A DNA stretch of 64,000 nt, taken from the NCBI GenBank assembly GCA_938030745.1, contig CALHIP010000007.1, positions 13,180 to 77,179 of the forward strand. Direction: 5' to 3'. Of the stretch, positions 17,852 through 29,815 are shown one piece after another. The notes under the pieces were generated by a model. The model had not been told where the DNA came from and searched no databases. It saw only the letters and a program-made list of their open reading frames with translations. How positions within the stretch are numbered: position 1 is the stretch's first letter; every line of letters starts with the position of its first letter. Source of the DNA: an uncultured Patescibacteria group bacterium. GTDB lineage: Bacteria > Patescibacteriota > Patescibacteriia > UBA2591 > CALHIP01. Position numbers and translations under genes: made by a program.

Positions 17852-19969
17852 ATGATTTTAGAAAGATTAGAAATTTTTGGTTTTAAATCTTTCGCAAAAA
17901 AAGCGGTTTTAACATTTCCTTTAGGAATTACCTGCATTGTTGGTCCAAATGGTTGTGGTAAATCAAACTTGGCTGACTCAATTCGTTGGGTTTTAGGAGA
18001 ACAAAGTTTTAAAAATTTAAGAATAGAAAAAAGCGACGATCTCATCTTTTCTTCCGGAAAAAAGAGAGTAAATTTTTCTCAAGTGACTCTTTATTTGAAA
18101 GATGATAAAAAAGGAGAAAGTTTGGAAATTACAAGAAAATTATTCAGGAATGGAGAGAATGAATATTTTATTAATCACCAGCCGGTAAAAAAAGAAGAAA
18201 TTTCTTTCCTTTTAGCAAAAATAAATTTTGGTCAGAAAAGTTATTCGGTAATTGGTCAAGGAATGGTTGACTGGATTCTTTATTCTTCAAAACAAGAAAG
18301 AAAAGAATTTTTTGATGAAGCAGCAGGAATTAAAGAATATCAAATTAAAAAAATAAAAGCAGAGGCAAAAATTAAAAGAACATTATTAAATCTTTCTCAA
18401 GCTGAGATTGCTATTAAAGAGGTTGAACCAAGATTAAAGTTTTTATCCCGACAAATTAAAAGATGGGAAAAACGTCAAAAAATAGAAGAAGAAATTATTA
18501 ATCTTAAAAAGGACTATTATGGAGCGAAATTATCTAAATTAGAAGAAGAAAAAAAAGAAATTGACAGGAAAATTGAGAAAGAGAAAAAAATCTTAGAAAA
18601 AGAGGAAAAAGATTTTGAATTTTTTCAAAAAAAGATAAAAAAAATAGCTATTGATGAACCTAATCAAGAACTTGAACTTCTTAAAAAAGATTGGCAGGAA
18701 ATTTTAGAAAAAAGAAATAAACTTTTAGAAGAAAAAATAACTTACCAAAGTATAGCTAAGAAAGAAGAAAAAATAACATTTGAAGAAGGAGATTTATTAA
18801 AATTTAAAAATTCTCTCGAAGACATTCTTTTTCAACAAGAAAAATTTATTAAAAGATTAAATGAAATTAAGAAATTAGAAGAAATTGTAAAGATCAAGGA
18901 AAAAGCTAATGAGATCTTTCAAAAGATTAAAAATTTATCAATTTTTTTCTCAAAAATTACAACCCGAGAAAAAAGGGATGAAAAAGAATTAGAAAAAAAA
19001 GAGAAAGAATTGGAAAATATTAATAAAGAACTTAAAGTTTTAGAAGATAAATTAAAAGATTTTTTAATAATTGAAAACAAAAAAAGAAAAGAAATGTTGG
19101 AAATCCAAAAAGAACTTCAAGAAAAGCAAAATATCATCTCTTCCTTAAATTATAAAATAAAAGATTTAGAAATTGAAAAAGCAAGAATTGAAACAAAGGA
19201 GGAAGATTTAAAAAATGAAATCGAAAGAGAAACAAATTTTAAAGATTTATCACTTCTTTCTAAAATTAATTTAACTGATGAAGAAGAGGAAAAAATTTTT
19301 TCTCGAATTAGAAGATTAGAAAAAGAATTGGAACTTATTGGTAGTTTTGATGAAAATCTCTTTCAAGAATATAAAGAAACTAAAGAAAAATATGATTTCC
19401 TTTCTTCACAAATTAATGATTTAAAAAAAAGTATTTCCTCCTTACAGAAAATTAAAAGAAAGTTAGAAGAAAAAATTAAAGATAAATTTTTCTCTAATTT
19501 TAACAAAATAAATGAAAATTTTAAACAATATTTTAAATTTTTGTTTAAAGGAGGAGAAGCAAAATTAGTTTTGGAAGAATTATCATCAAATGAAGCATCA
19601 GAAAATAAAGAACGATCAGATGAAATAAATTATGGAATAGAAATCTATGCTCGACCGCCGAGAAAAAAAATAAAAACAATACATTCTCTTTCTGGCGGAG
19701 AAAAGGCATTAACTTCTTTAGCATTACTTTTTGCTATTTTAAAAACTCAAAAACCACCATTTATTGTTTTAGATGAGGTTGATGCTGCTTTAGATGAAGT
19801 AAACTCATCAAGATTTGTAGAAATAATGAAAGAACTTTCAAAAGATACTCAATTTATTGTGATTACTCATAATCAAATAACAATGGAATCAGCTGTCGCT
19901 CTTTATGGAATAACGATGGATAAAGAAGGAGTTTCCCATCTTGTTTCTTTTAAATTAGAAAGTCATTAA
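17852..19969 (+). CDS. smc: SMC-family chromosome segregation ATPase, unusually short at 705 aa
   Basis: The N-terminus is MILERLEIFGFKSFA with a Walker A (GPNGCGKSN). The C-terminus carries the signature LSGGEKALTSLALLF and a Walker B (FIVLDEVDAALD). It lies in an rnc-smc synteny block. The coiled-coil and hinge region is only about 450 aa. Confidence 0.7.
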   Translation: MILERLEIFGFKSFAKKAVLTFPLGITCIVGPNGCGKSNLADSIRWVLGEQSFKNLRIEKSDDLIFSSGKKRVNFSQVTLYLKDDKKGESLEITRKLFRNGENEYFINHQPVKKEEISFLLAKINFGQKSYSVIGQGMVDWILYSSKQERKEFFDEAAGIKEYQIKKIKAEAKIKRTLLNLSQAEIAIKEVEPRLKFLSRQIKRWEKRQKIEEEIINLKKDYYGAKLSKLEEEKKEIDRKIEKEKKILEKEEKDFEFFQKKIKKIAIDEPNQELELLKKDWQEILEKRNKLLEEKITYQSIAKKEEKITFEEGDLLKFKNSLEDILFQQEKFIKRLNEIKKLEEIVKIKEKANEIFQKIKNLSIFFSKITTREKRDEKELEKKEKELENINKELKVLEDKLKDFLIIENKKRKEMLEIQKELQEKQNIISSLNYKIKDLEIEKARIETKEEDLKNEIERETNFKDLSLLSKINLTDEEEEKIFSRIRRLEKELELIGSFDENLFQEYKETKEKYDFLSSQINDLKKSISSLQKIKRKLEEKIKDKFFSNFNKINENFKQYFKFLFKGGEAKLVLEELSSNEASENKERSDEINYGIEIYARPPRKKIKTIHSLSGGEKALTSLALLFAILKTQKPPFIVLDEVDAALDEVNSSRFVEIMKELSKDTQFIVITHNQITMESAVALYGITMDKEGVSHLVSFKLESH

Positions 19970-20269
19970 AATTTTTTCCAATTCTTTTTTGCTTATTAAA
20001 CCAACAATTCTTTTTTCCTCTTTACCATCTTTAAAAATAATCAAAGTTGGAACACTTAATATCTGATATTTTGTAACTATCTCTTCTCCTTCGTCAACAT
20101 TAAATTTTCCAATTTTTATTTTTCCTTGATATTTTTTAGCTAGCTCTTCAATGATTGGTGAAAGAATTTGACAAGGAGGACACCAATCAGCATAAAAATC
20201 GATTAAAACCGGAATTTTTGATTCTAAAACTTCTTTTTTAAAGTTTTCTTTATTAATTAAGAGTGCCAT
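19955..20269 (-). CDS. trxA: thioredoxin
   Basis: The active site is WCPPC (ADWCPPCQ). Confidence 0.85.
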   Translation of the reverse strand: MALLINKENFKKEVLESKIPVLIDFYADWCPPCQILSPIIEELAKKYQGKIKIGKFNVDEGEEIVTKYQILSVPTLIIFKDGKEEKRIVGLISKKELEKILMTF

Positions 20270-20274
20270 ATTGT

Positions 20275-21030
20275 TTAAAATTTTCTTTCTTTACCAACAA
20301 TGACCTTTAAAGAGTTTGGTAAAATTTCTACAGTTAAAGGAGTTTTTAAAATCTTATAGTTATCAACTACAACAGGAACTCCTTTTTTATTTTCAGGAGA
20401 TTTAATTCCTAATTTTTTTAAAAAAAATAAGCTATCAATCATTTTCTCCTTAAAACCAAAGAAAGGAAAAAGGCCCCAAGATTCTTTTTCTAAAATAATT
20501 TCTAAAAGTCCATCTTTTGGATTGCTTATTTTATTAAAAATATAATTAAGATTAGAGATGTAAATTTTATTAATTTCAGAAGAAGGATGAATTTTAAAAT
20601 TATCAGATTCTAAAATTACTTTATTAGTCTTAATTTCAACCGAAGAAATAAAAAAATGATGATTTATTTTTCCTAAATCAAGATTTTCTATTAAACGAGC
20701 AGAAATCACTTCGCAAGCAAGCTCTTCTTTTGGAATATCGAGGATTTCACTAATTTTATTTCCTTCACCTATTGGGATAAAACCTAAAACAGTTTCTGAA
20801 TTAGCGAGAGCGCTTGCTGCTTGGCAAAAAGTTTTATCATTACCAACTGCAACAACAGTCTTTACTCCTTTTTTTGTTGCTTCTTTTATTAAGTCCGGAA
20901 TAGATTCTAAAATAGTTAGTTTGATAATTCGACCAGAAATTTCTAAATCAGTAATTCTTGTTTCTATTCTATCAAGAATTTTTTTATATTTTCTTTTAGC
21001 CAAAAAAGAATCAAAAAGATAAAGATACAT
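20275..21030 (-). CDS. diacylglycerol-kinase-catalytic-domain lipid kinase (YegS/BmrU-like)
   Basis: It has a DAGK_cat-like N-terminal fold (KILDRIETR...TVVAVGNDKTFCQAA) and is of appropriate size. Confidence 0.55.
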   Translation of the reverse strand: MYLYLFDSFLAKRKYKKILDRIETRITDLEISGRIIKLTILESIPDLIKEATKKGVKTVVAVGNDKTFCQAASALANSETVLGFIPIGEGNKISEILDIPKEELACEVISARLIENLDLGKINHHFFISSVEIKTNKVILESDNFKIHPSSEINKIYISNLNYIFNKISNPKDGLLEIILEKESWGLFPFFGFKEKMIDSLFFLKKLGIKSPENKKGVPVVVDNYKILKTPLTVEILPNSLKVIVGKERKF

Positions 21031-21056
21031 ATCTTGATTATTTTTTGATTAGCCAT

Positions 21057-21416
21057 TTACTCCTCAGTTATTTTTTCTGTCATTCGACATTCTCCATTGA
21101 TAATTGCTCCTTCTTCAATAGAAAGAATTTTACATTCTATATTTCCTAAAAGACGAGCAGTTCTTGAAAGACTAATTTTCTCTTCTGCTTTAAGGTTTCC
21201 TTTTACTTCTCCAGCTAAAAAAATGTTTTTTGCTTTAGAATCTCCTTCAACAAAAGATCCGTCTTCAATTCTTAAATTATCTTTTGTCTCTATGGTTCCT
21301 TTGATTTGTCCTTTAATAATCACCTCTCCTTCAGCAACAAAATTACCTTCTAACTTAACGCCTGGACCAATAATTGTTTCTAAATTTTCTGTTTTTAATT
21401 TCTTTTCTTTAAACAT
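21057..21416 (-). CDS. bactofilin-family cytoskeletal protein (DUF583 beta-helix); the start was moved to an internal Met
   Basis: It has repetitive G-x-hydrophobic beta-helix repeats (IIGPGVKLEGNFVAEGEVIIKGQIKGTIETKDNLRIEDGSFVEGD...). Confidence 0.65.
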   Translation of the reverse strand: MFKEKKLKTENLETIIGPGVKLEGNFVAEGEVIIKGQIKGTIETKDNLRIEDGSFVEGDSKAKNIFLAGEVKGNLKAEEKISLSRTARLLGNIECKILSIEEGAIINGECRMTEKITEE

Positions 21417-21496
21417 ATAAGATATTGTTAAAAAAACTTTAAAGATTATAGCATAATTAAATTGACAAAACAAGAAGAATAAATTAAAATATTATT

Positions 21497-21673
21497 ATGG
21501 CAAAAAAAGAAATAACCAAAGATTATTCTTATCTTAAAAAAGATTTATTAAAAGTTTTGATTCTGACAGGAACTTTGTTGATCTTAATTATCGCTCTTTT
21601 TATCTTAGAGAAAAAAACAAATTATATCTTATCACTGACGGAAAAAATAATGAATATTTTAATAAAGAAATAA
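21497..21673 (+). CDS. small single-TM hypothetical protein of 58 aa that is not in the ORF track
   Basis: The sequence is MAKKEITKDYSYLKKDLLKVLILTGTLLILIIALFILEKKTNYILSLTEKIMNILIKK. The frame is intact and ends 5 nt before the tRNA cluster. Confidence 0.3.
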   Translation: MAKKEITKDYSYLKKDLLKVLILTGTLLILIIALFILEKKTNYILSLTEKIMNILIKK

Positions 21674-21678
21674 AACTT

Positions 21679-21750
21679 GCCCTCATAGCTCAATGGATAG
21701 AGCAGATCCGTCCTAAGGATAAGATGGGGGTTCAATTCCCTCTGAGGGCA
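21679..21750 (+). tRNA. tRNA-Arg (anticodon CCT)
   Basis: Cloverleaf features are acceptor GCCCTCA/TGAGGGC, anticodon loop GTCCTAA and T-loop GGTTCAATTCC. Confidence 0.75.
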
Positions 21751-21764
21751 TAAATTTTTTAATT

Positions 21765-21835
21765 GGGCTCATAGGTAAATGGTATACCGCAGTCTTCGCA
21801 TGACTGAATTCTGGGTTCGATTCCCAGTGAGTCCA
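21765..21835 (+). tRNA. tRNA-Ala (anticodon CGC) with the G3:U70 identity pair
   Basis: The acceptor is GGGCTCA/TGAGTCC, giving G3:U70. The anticodon loop is TTCGCAT. The T-loop is GGTTCGATTCC. Confidence 0.8.
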
Positions 21836-21838
21836 AAA

Positions 21839-21920
21839 GCCGCGGTGGCGAAATTGGAAAACGCACTGGGCTTAGGACCCAGGGGGGAAACCCTTGAGAG
21901 TTCGAGTCTCTCCCGCGGCA
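21839..21920 (+). tRNA. tRNA-Leu (anticodon TAG) with a long variable arm
   Basis: It is 82 nt. The anticodon loop is CTTAGGA and the T-loop is AGTTCGAGTCT. The long variable arm fits a class II tRNA. Confidence 0.85.
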
Positions 21921-21934
21921 AGAATAAAAATTTT

Positions 21935-22285
21935 ATGAAAACAAAAATTATTGTTTTGATTTTCATTATCTTTTTTGGTTTGCTAGTTAATTATGAAGAA
22001 GAGACTGGTTCTTTTTTGAAAATTTTTCCAATTGTTAAAAATCCATCTTTAGCTTTTATATCTCTTTATAAAAATAACAACAAAAATTTCTTTCAAAAAG
22101 AAAACTTCTGGGGTTGGCCATTTCCTTATTGGTTTAAAAAAGAATTTAATTTAAAATCTTTATTTTTCGATTTAATTTTTTATTTAATTATCTGGTTAAT
22201 TCTTATTTTCTTCTGGTGGTTTATTTCTGCTTTTAAAAGATTTCATCAAAAAAGGAAAAAACCTCCTTATAAATTTACTTTGTAA
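21935..22285 (+). CDS. hypothetical membrane protein of about 116 aa, taken from the downstream portion of ORF 21779..22285
   Basis: Hydrophobic N- and C-terminal segments flank an aromatic-rich middle. The upstream part of the tracked ORF overlaps the tRNAs and is not coding. Confidence 0.3.
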   Translation: MKTKIIVLIFIIFFGLLVNYEEETGSFLKIFPIVKNPSLAFISLYKNNNKNFFQKENFWGWPFPYWFKKEFNLKSLFFDLIFYLIIWLILIFFWWFISAFKRFHQKRKKPPYKFTL

Positions 22286-22303
22286 AATTATCCACAGTTT
22301 TTC

Positions 22304-22332
22304 TTGACTTTTTAAATTTTATTCTTTATAAT
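22304..22332 (+). promoter_or_regulatory. sigma70-type promoter for the 23S-5S rRNA transcript (TTGACT-N17-TATAAT)
   Basis: The hexamers read directly are TTGACT at 22304-22309 and TATAAT at 22327-22332. A perfect DnaA box (TTATCCACA) abuts at 22288-22296. Confidence 0.55.
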
Positions 22333-22382
22333 ATAATTAAAATACAATGTTTATGAAACCAAAAAACCTTAAATTAAAAATT

Positions 22383-22465
22383 CCAAGCGGTTAATTTTGG
22401 TCATTTTCGCCTTAACCAAAAAAACCGCTTGGAAAAGCGGTTTTTTGGTTTCCGCTCTTTTAAAA
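22383..22465 (+). promoter_or_regulatory. rRNA leader with mutually exclusive hairpins, one of them terminator-like, and a boxA-like element (CGCTCTTTTAAAA)
   Basis: CCAAGCGGTT (22383-92) can pair with AACCGCTTGG (22423-32). Alternatively ACCGCTT-GGAA-AAGCGGT plus a T-tract at 22424-22449 forms an intrinsic-terminator-like hairpin. AGCGG/CCGCT precedes the boxA-like sequence at 22453-22465. Confidence 0.4.
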
Positions 22466-22487
22466 TTTTAAAAATAAAGTCTTATAC

Positions 22488-25468
<2,981 letters not shown>

Positions 25469-25511
25469 CCCATATAAGCCTTTATTTTTAAAAATTTAAT
25501 TTTTCTCATTT

Positions 25512-25634
<123 letters not shown>

Positions 25635-25654
25635 AAATGGGAAAAATTATTTCA

Positions 25655-26200
25655 ATGTCTTTTATATATTTTTTATTATTTTTATTATTTCTTTCTCTCT
25701 TTTCTCTTTTTTTGTTTTATACTTTTCTTTTAATTGGTTATTTAATAACTAAAGTTCCGTTTGTTTCTTTATCAAAAAAAGATATTCATAAAATTTTAAA
25801 AATGATGAATCTTAAAGAGGGAGAAGTTTTGGTTGATTTAGGTTGTGGTGATTCTCAATTTTTAATTGAAGCAGAGAAAAAATATAAAGTAAAGACTATT
25901 GGTTATGAACTTTCTTTAACTGCCTTTATCCTTTCAAAGATTAATATTTTACTTAAAAAAGCAAAGACGAAAATCTATTTAAAAGATTTCTTTAAAATTA
26001 ATCTCTCTTACTCCGATGTTATTTTTTGTTATCTTTTTCCAAACGTGATGGCTCGTCTTTCAGAAAAATTGAAAAAAGAAGTAAAAACAGGAACAAAAAT
26101 CTTTTCTTTAGCTTTTCCTTTGCCAGATTGGCCTAATGAAAAAATATTATATTTAGATGAGAAAAACAAAAAAGGAAAAATTTTTATTTATCAGAAATAA
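25655..26200 (+). CDS. class I SAM-dependent methyltransferase with an N-terminal membrane anchor
   Basis: Motif I is VLVDLGCGDSQ. The N-terminal segment is hydrophobic. The tracked start at 25637 overlaps the 5S 3' end, so an internal Met was used. Confidence 0.6.
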   Translation: MSFIYFLLFLLFLSLFSLFLFYTFLLIGYLITKVPFVSLSKKDIHKILKMMNLKEGEVLVDLGCGDSQFLIEAEKKYKVKTIGYELSLTAFILSKINILLKKAKTKIYLKDFFKINLSYSDVIFCYLFPNVMARLSEKLKKEVKTGTKIFSLAFPLPDWPNEKILYLDEKNKKGKIFIYQK

Positions 26201-26203
26201 TTT

Positions 26204-27487
26204 ATGAGATATATTGCCGATTTTCATCTTCATTCAAAATATTCCCGTGCTACTTCCCAATTAATGGATTTAAAACATTTAGATGAATGGGCAAGATTAA
26301 AAGGAATTCAAATTTTAGGTACTGGTGATTTTACCCATCCAGAATGGTTTAAAGAATTAAAAGAAAAACTAGAGCCTCTTAGTAATGGACTTTTTAAATT
26401 AAAAACCGCTAAAGATTTAGCGGTTTCTTTTATTTTAACAACTGAAGTCTCTTGTATTTATCCAAAAAAAGGTGCTCTTCGTCGGATTCATTTAATTGTT
26501 TTTTTTCCTGATTTTAAATGTGTTGAGAGATTTAATACTCAACTTTCTTGGTCTGGTAATTTAAAAGCTGATGGTCGACCAATTTTAGGTTTAGATGCTA
26601 AAGAAATTTTAAAAATGGCTTTAGATATCTCACCAGATGCCTTAGTTATTCCAGCTCATGTTTGGACGCCTTGGTTTTCAATTTTTGGATCAAAATCTGG
26701 TTTTGATTCAATTGAAGAATGTTTTGATGAGTTAACACCAGAAATTTATGCTATCGAAACAGGCCTTTCAAGTGATCCAGCAATGAATTGGCGATTATCA
26801 AAATTAGATAAAGTAGCAATTATCTCCTCTTCTGATTCTCATTCACTTCAAAATCTAGGTCGAGAAGCAACTGTTTTTGAGTTTTTAAATTATCCAAATT
26901 ATCTTGATATTGTTAAAGCAATTAAAAATAGTTCTATTCTTCAACGACAATTAATGTTAGATCAACCAACAATCGCTTATACTATTGAATTTTTTCCTGA
27001 AGAAGGAAAATATCATTTTGATGGTCATCGATTATGCAATGTTTCTTTTTCACCATCAGAGACAAAGAAAAGAGGTGGTAATTGTCCTGTTTGCGGTAAA
27101 CCTTTAACTATTGGTGTGATGCATCGGGTAGAAGATTTAGCTGATCGTCCAGAAGGATTTATTCCAGAAAAATCTGTTCCTTTCAAAAGTTTAGTTCCTT
27201 TAAGAGAAATCATCGCTGAGGCATTAAATGTAGATAAAAACTCAAAACTAGTAGAAAATGAATACCTTTCTTTAGTAAAAAGAGGAGGTAATGAATTTAA
27301 AATTCTTTTAGATCTAAATGAAGAAGAAATAAAAAAGATTGCTTCAAAAAGGATTGTTGAAGGAATTATTAAAATGAGAAATGGAGAAGTAACAAAAATT
27401 GCTGGTTATGATGGTGTTTATGGCAAAATCAGTGTTTTCGGGAAAAAAGAAGAAAAAAAAGAAAACAAGCAAGGTGTTCTCTTTTAA
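26204..27487 (+). CDS. PHP-domain nuclease of the endonuclease Q (EndoQ / TIGR00375) family with a C-terminal zinc ribbon
   Basis: The N-terminal PHP motif is YIADFHLHSKYSRATSQLM...ILGTGDFTHPEW. Other motifs are SSDSHS, LGREATVFEF and KYHFDGHRLCNV...CPVCGKPLTIGVMHRVEDLADRP. These match the order of conserved EndoQ blocks. Confidence 0.65.
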   Translation: MRYIADFHLHSKYSRATSQLMDLKHLDEWARLKGIQILGTGDFTHPEWFKELKEKLEPLSNGLFKLKTAKDLAVSFILTTEVSCIYPKKGALRRIHLIVFFPDFKCVERFNTQLSWSGNLKADGRPILGLDAKEILKMALDISPDALVIPAHVWTPWFSIFGSKSGFDSIEECFDELTPEIYAIETGLSSDPAMNWRLSKLDKVAIISSSDSHSLQNLGREATVFEFLNYPNYLDIVKAIKNSSILQRQLMLDQPTIAYTIEFFPEEGKYHFDGHRLCNVSFSPSETKKRGGNCPVCGKPLTIGVMHRVEDLADRPEGFIPEKSVPFKSLVPLREIIAEALNVDKNSKLVENEYLSLVKRGGNEFKILLDLNEEEIKKIASKRIVEGIIKMRNGEVTKIAGYDGVYGKISVFGKKEEKKENKQGVLF

Positions 27488-27498
27488 TTTTTGAAATT

Positions 27499-28302
27499 AT
27501 GAGAATTTTATTTAGTAAAATAATTGTTGAAAAAATTTATCAGGATCTTAAGAAAGAAAGAAAAAAATTAAAAATCAAACCTGGTCTGGCAGTGATTATG
27601 ATTGGTAAAAATAAGACCTTACAAATTTTCCTCAATTTAAAACAAAGATCAGCAAGAAAACTTAATTTCTATTTTAAAAAATTTTTACTTCCAGTAAAAG
27701 TAAAAGAAGAAAAAGTAATCAGTTTAATTAATAATTTGAATCAAGATAAAAAGATTCATGGTATTATTGTTCAATTTCCTTTACCAAGAAAATTTAATCC
27801 TTCCAAAATCATCAAAACAATTTTGCCAGAAAAAGATATCGATGGTTTCCATCCAAAGACAAAATTTATTCCGCCAGTCCACCAAGCTATTTTAAAACTT
27901 CTTTCTTCTTATAAAATTAAAATAAAAAATAAGAAAGTTGTTATTTTAGCTAACTCTTTGATTTTTGCAAAACCGCTTCAAAAAATTTTTAAAAAAAGAG
28001 GAGCAAAAGTAAAAATAATCTTAAAAAGATATTCATCTCAATTAAAGAAGGCAGATATTTTAATTATTGCTATTGGCAGACCAAAATTTTTAAAAAAGGA
28101 AATGATTAAAAAGGGAGCAGTAATTATTGATGTTGGCTACTCAAGAATTAAAAAAAAGGCATTTGGTGATGTTGATTTTGAAAGTTGTGCTGAAAAAGCT
28201 AGTGCTCTTTCGCCAGTTCCTGGTGGAATAGGTCCTTTAACTGTTGCCTATTTAATGAAGAACGTTTTTGAATCAGCTAAAATGCTTTCTAAGATAAAAT
28301 AG
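27499..28302 (+). CDS. folD: bifunctional methylenetetrahydrofolate dehydrogenase / methenyl-THF cyclohydrolase
   Basis: Conserved blocks are IHGIIVQFPLP, DIDGFHP, AVIIDVG and PVPGGIGPLTVAYL. Confidence 0.85.
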   Translation: MRILFSKIIVEKIYQDLKKERKKLKIKPGLAVIMIGKNKTLQIFLNLKQRSARKLNFYFKKFLLPVKVKEEKVISLINNLNQDKKIHGIIVQFPLPRKFNPSKIIKTILPEKDIDGFHPKTKFIPPVHQAILKLLSSYKIKIKNKKVVILANSLIFAKPLQKIFKKRGAKVKIILKRYSSQLKKADILIIAIGRPKFLKKEMIKKGAVIIDVGYSRIKKKAFGDVDFESCAEKASALSPVPGGIGPLTVAYLMKNVFESAKMLSKIK

Positions 28303-28310
28303 TTTAAACC

Positions 28311-29534
28311 TTATAAATTAAAATTTTTCTTATATTTTTCTAATCCCTTCTTTAAAATCATCATTGCTTCTTTCAATTTTTCACAAGATAAAACAAAAGC
28401 AATCCGAAATTCATCTTTTCCTAAACCAGAAGTACTATAAAAACCACTCGCTGGAGCAACTAAAACTGTTTTTCTTTGGTAAGAAAATTTTGTTAGAAGC
28501 CATTGAGCAAAATGATCTGAATCTTTAAGCCAAGGAATTTTAACAATAAGATAAAAAGCACCTTTTGGCTTAACAACAATTGCTTCAGGGATTTTTTTTA
28601 TTTCGGTAAAAACAACATCTCTTCTTTTTTTATATTCAGAGACAATCTTTTTAAGATATTTTTCTGGATTCTCTAAAAGAGGAATGACAGCTAATTGTTC
28701 AACCATTGGCGAAGAAAGTCTGGCTTGAGCAAACTTAATTGCTGCTTCAATAACTTTCTTATTTTTACTTGCTAAAACACCAATTCTTGCTCCACAAGCA
28801 GAAAATCTTTTAGAAACACTATCAAGCAAAACTACTTGCTGAAGAATTTCAGGAAAACTCATCATCGAATAATAATTTTCATTATCATAAACAAATTCGC
28901 GATAAGTCTCATCAGAAAGGATAAAGAGATGATACTTTTTTGCTATTTCAATTATTGTCTTTAATTCAGATTTTTTATAAACAGTACCAGTTGGATTATT
29001 AGGGTTACAAATAATAATCCCCCTTGTTTTTTTGTTAATTTTTTTCTCAATTTCTTTTTGAGTTGGTAAATGGAAACCATTTTCTGCTAATGTTCTAATT
29101 GGTCTTAATTTAATTCCAGTAATTGAAGCATAACCATTATAATTTGTATAAAATGGTTCAAAGACAATTATTTCTTCATTTGGTTGACAAACAGCAGCAA
29201 AAGCAAATAAAATTGCTTCACTTCCACCAGTTGTGACAACTATTTCTGAAAGATCAAAATCAATACCAACACTTTTAAAATATTTCTGCCAAGCTAATTT
29301 TAACTCATTGATTCCATCAGAAGGAGTATAAGCTAAAATTTTTTCCTTAAAATTTCTTATTCTTTGTAAAATCTCTTTTGGCGTTTCTAAATCTGGTTGA
29401 CCAATATGAACTTCAAAAACTTTTATTCCTTTCTCTTTTATTTTTTGGAGAAGTGGAACAAATTTTCTAATTGGTGAAAATTGCGCTTCTTCAGCTCGAG
29501 ATGAGATTTTTATTTTGTTTCTTGTTTTAACCAT
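28311..29534 (-). CDS. PLP-dependent aminotransferase class I/II (aspartate/aromatic aminotransferase-like)
   Basis: A lysine-containing SKRFSACGARIG motif is present. It has the fold-type I size and layout. Confidence 0.8.
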   Translation of the reverse strand: MVKTRNKIKISSRAEEAQFSPIRKFVPLLQKIKEKGIKVFEVHIGQPDLETPKEILQRIRNFKEKILAYTPSDGINELKLAWQKYFKSVGIDFDLSEIVVTTGGSEAILFAFAAVCQPNEEIIVFEPFYTNYNGYASITGIKLRPIRTLAENGFHLPTQKEIEKKINKKTRGIIICNPNNPTGTVYKKSELKTIIEIAKKYHLFILSDETYREFVYDNENYYSMMSFPEILQQVVLLDSVSKRFSACGARIGVLASKNKKVIEAAIKFAQARLSSPMVEQLAVIPLLENPEKYLKKIVSEYKKRRDVVFTEIKKIPEAIVVKPKGAFYLIVKIPWLKDSDHFAQWLLTKFSYQRKTVLVAPASGFYSTSGLGKDEFRIAFVLSCEKLKEAMMILKKGLEKYKKNFNL

Positions 29535-29815
29535 TTTAAATAATTTTTCTCTACTTTATTAATTAACCAAGAAAAGATAGCTGGGATTTGATAAGGATGG
29601 TTTTCTTTAATTATTTTTTCAATTTTTTGATAATTTTTCTTCACTGTTTTAATGATCATCGCCCATTCTCTTGTTTTTTCTATTTTTTTCTTCCACCAAT
29701 ATTGCGAGTTAATTGGCCAATAATTAAGACAAGATGCTAATCTTTCTTTTAAAATTTTTTTAGCCAATTTTTCAGCTGATTTTTTATTAGGAAAGGTTGT
29801 GTAAACAATAATCAT
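29510..29815 (-). CDS. cutA: divalent-cation tolerance protein CutA
   Basis: Conserved blocks are MIIVYTTFPNKKSAEKLAKKIL...ASC and ...HPYQIPAI. It is about 100 aa. Confidence 0.7.
   Translation of the reverse strand: MIIVYTTFPNKKSAEKLAKKILKERLASCLNYWPINSQYWWKKKIEKTREWAMIIKTVKKNYQKIEKIIKENHPYQIPAIFSWLINKVEKNYLKWLKQETK

Noticed and set aside
21769-21966. A minus-strand 65-aa ORF, and the 5' part of plus-strand ORF 21779..22285
   Set aside because: They overlap tRNA-Ala and tRNA-Leu. Only the downstream portion from the ATG at 21935 is plausibly coding.
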